A DNA stretch of 17,721 bases from Deltaproteobacteria bacterium TL4 (GTDB lineage: Bacteria; SAR324; NAC60-12): positions 1-17,721 of the forward strand of contig JBBCAX010000379.1 of assembly GCA_051382335.1 (NCBI GenBank). The letters are read 5' to 3'. A model generated the notes under the pieces. It did no database searches and was not told where the DNA came from. It saw only the letters and a list, made by a program, of their open reading frames with translations. Positions 17,181 to 17,721 of the stretch are shown here, piece after piece (the stretch's first letter is position 1; each line of letters begins with the position of its first letter). The translations under genes and the position numbers were made by a program.

Positions 17181-17552
17181 ATGAAAAACACGAGTTTTAA
17201 AAAAATGGTGAAATGGCAAACCGCTTTGTGCGGAATGCTGCTTTTATTGTTGAGTGGTTGTGCGGAAACGGGAACGGATGAAGCGGCTGAGTTTCAGATA
17301 GTGGATGCAAACACACCAGTCTCCTTTGACATTATGTACGACTCCTTTCTGGAACTGCGCTGTGTGCGCTGCCACAGTTGGTCCAATGAGGCGGACATCC
17401 AGCGATATATTGTCCCGGGAAACCCCGATTATTCAGATTTCTATTCCGAAGTCTCGAGCGAAAAGATGCCTCCAGGCGGACCCAAACTGACCGAATACCA
17501 ACAAGGTCTGTTGCGTCGGTATATTGAAGGTCTAGCCCAGAAACCTCAATAA
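17181..17552 (+). CDS. Lipoprotein monoheme c-type cytochrome
   Basis: Lipobox LLSGC; CVRCH; IVPGNPDYS...KMPPGG (distal Met), resembling planctomycete-type cytochrome c domains. Confidence 0.8.
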   Translation: MKNTSFKKMVKWQTALCGMLLLLLSGCAETGTDEAAEFQIVDANTPVSFDIMYDSFLELRCVRCHSWSNEADIQRYIVPGNPDYSDFYSEVSSEKMPPGGPKLTEYQQGLLRRYIEGLAQKPQ

Positions 17553-17721
17553 CCACAGAGAATTAGAAAAGAGAAAATGGGGAGGGTTGGCCACACCCTA
17601 CGAAATTTGTGGACAGCCCCCCCCCCCACGGCTTTCTCATAAAAAACCAACTTGACAAAGTATATTCATAAAAAAGGGTTCGGAGTCCCTGCAATTATCA
17701 AGATTCTCTTTCATATTTTTC

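Noticed and set aside
17579..17630. C11 homopolymer and a REP-like fragment after the cytochrome gene
   Set aside because: Intergenic with no demonstrable promoter or partner repeat; phase variation cannot be supported.

Overview
Bacterial (probably delta-proteobacterial, possibly SAR324-like; taxonomy is inference) window in two parts. About 130-6990 is an accessory/defence island. It holds a two-gene operon: a HIT hydrolase plus a large MazG-like NTP pyrophosphatase / PLD nuclease / SF2 helicase / LexA-type S24 peptidase fusion with a SauUSI-like core. The true 5' end of the fusion (ATG at 4351, missed by the ORF track) is cut off by a 183-bp MITE with an 8-bp target-site duplication. The island also has a DUF6922-AbiEii toxin-antitoxin-like pair, a tyrosine recombinase stub, gene fragments and several MITE/REP elements. 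About 7050-17550 holds crotonase, SDR, a FecR-domain protein, a hypothetical protein, a Sel1-repeat protein, amrA-amrS, a nitronate monooxygenase-family gene, and a three-gene YceI / CxxCH-bearing beta-barrel / lipoprotein cytochrome c operon resembling a porin-cytochrome electron conduit. No rRNA, tRNA or CRISPR array was found. All family assignments come from motif recognition, not database searches.
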